This document shows, one piece after another, positions 62,651-64,000 of a stretch of 64,000 nucleotides of DNA. The stretch is from Octopus bimaculoides. Taxonomy: Eukaryota. Each line of letters opens with the position of its first letter. Position 1 is the stretch's first letter. Position numbers and translations under genes: made by a program. The stretch is from positions 144,655,632-144,719,631 of the forward strand of contig NC_068982.1 in assembly GCF_001194135.2 (NCBI RefSeq). The letters are read 5' to 3'. The notes beneath the pieces are model-generated. The model had not been told where the DNA came from. It ran no database searches and saw only the letters and a program-made list of their open reading frames with translations.

Positions 62651-63454
62651 TGCAATAATAATAATGATAATAATAATAATAATAATAATAATAACCCTTT
62701 CTACTAAAGGCACAAGACCTGAAGTTTGTGGGAGGGATCCAGTTGATCACTTTGACCCCAGTGTTTCACTAGTACTTAATTTATTGACCCCAAAAGGATG
62801 AAAGCCAAAGTTGACCTCAGCAGAATTTGAACTCAAAATGTAGTGGCAGACAAAATACCGCTAAGCATTTCGCCTGGTGTGCTAACAATTCTGCTAGCTT
62901 TCTACCTTAATAATAATAATAATGATAATAATAATAATAATAATAATAAATGACAACAGCAACAAAACACTCCAGATTTGAATTAACAAAAAGAATCTCT
63001 TAAAAAGGAAAGCTAAAATAGTACAAACTTGGGTTTAGCTTTTAATCTAGGTAACAAACGTAAGGATGTAGAATTTTGACCTGATAAATATATTTAAGTA
63101 AAAATAAATAAATAAATAAATATACAAATAAATGTAAAAAAAACAACAAATAGCAAATAATATTACAACATAATGTTTCTATTATCCTTAGCCCAACTCC
63201 ATCAATTATAATAAGCTGGAATGTTGAAACAATGAAAATATTAATCAGTTATATATTAATTACAAGAATTTATTACACTTATGATTAAATTGTTTCCATA
63301 TGATTATATGCATATATAGGTTTGTATGTATGTATGTGTGAGTGTGATCTCTCACATATGCATGTCTGTGTGAGTGTATATTGTTCTGTTTATTGGAAAT
63401 TTTTATACAGTTTCTATAGAGTTGTTCTTCAAGAAACTCTTTAAAGCAATTATT

Positions 63455-63875
63455 CAAAACAACTAAATTTGACGACTGGCACCCATGCCAACGTTGTCTC
63501 TTTCATTGGAACGAAACTCAGCTTGCGAAGACCTGTTGGGGCAAGCGAAAGCGAAATCATGTCGCCTTCCTGGCACTTGTGCCGGTGACACGTGTAAAGA
63601 CATTCGAGCGAGATTGTTGCCAGTGCCGATGGACTGGCTCCTGTGCAGGTGGAATGTAAAATACACCATTTTGAGTGTGGCCATTGCCAGTACCGCCTGA
63701 CTGGCCTTCGTGCGAGTGGCACGTAAAAGCACCCACTACACTCTCGGAGTGGTTGGCATTAGGAAGGGCATCCAGCCATAGAAACTCTGCCAAATCAGAT
63801 TGGTTCACCAGTCTTCAGTCAAATCGTCCAACCCATGCTAGCATGGAAAGCAGATGTTTAAACGATGATGATGAT
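63455..63875 (+). mobile_element. RTE-LINE 3'UTR repeat with (GAT)n tail
   Basis: Same structure as 13740-14265. Confidence 0.85.
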
Positions 63876-64000
63876 GAACTATTCTGAGGGTTTATTTTTA
63901 AACTGAGTCTGAAGTTGAATTAAACAGACAGATGAAATTTGCAAGGCTAACAAGCTATCAATTCATATTGATTTCAAATTTTGATACAAGACCAGTAATT

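Overview
AT-rich, microsatellite-dense animal genomic DNA with 9 N-gaps. The repeat landscape (tRNA-headed SINEs, RTE-LINE tails, (AAT)n/(GAT)n/(TA)n) looks like an Octopus/cephalopod genome; this is inference, not a database match. One protein-coding gene is well supported, on the minus strand: a Sema-PSI-IPT-IPT-IPT cell-surface receptor of the plexin / MET-RON superfamily. I reconstructed 8 coding exons by hand, all with AG acceptors, GT donors and matching phases: 19056-18106, 11924-11739, 9822-9691, 7878-7711, 6258-6113, 4482-4350, 2457-2321, 930-766 (about 672 codons). The gene runs off the window at base 1, and a strong acceptor at 19185 implies an unseen upstream non-coding exon. Everything else I can support is mobile-element derived: mariner relics, CR1-, Jockey/CR1-like and RTE LINE fragments, four SINE families, piggyBac-, hAT- and pogo-like MITEs, two TG...CA solo LTRs with 4-bp TSDs, and a Penelope-like GIY-YIG fragment with an inverted terminal repeat. 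The most interesting observation is a set of minimal type I hammerhead ribozyme motifs. One family sits in the 3' tail of a tRNA-headed SINE (3 copies, two of them tandem and in sense inside an intron of the receptor gene). Another sits in both arms of the Penelope inverted repeat. All alignments and folds were done by eye, and repeat boundaries are approximate unless a TSD or TIR is quoted.
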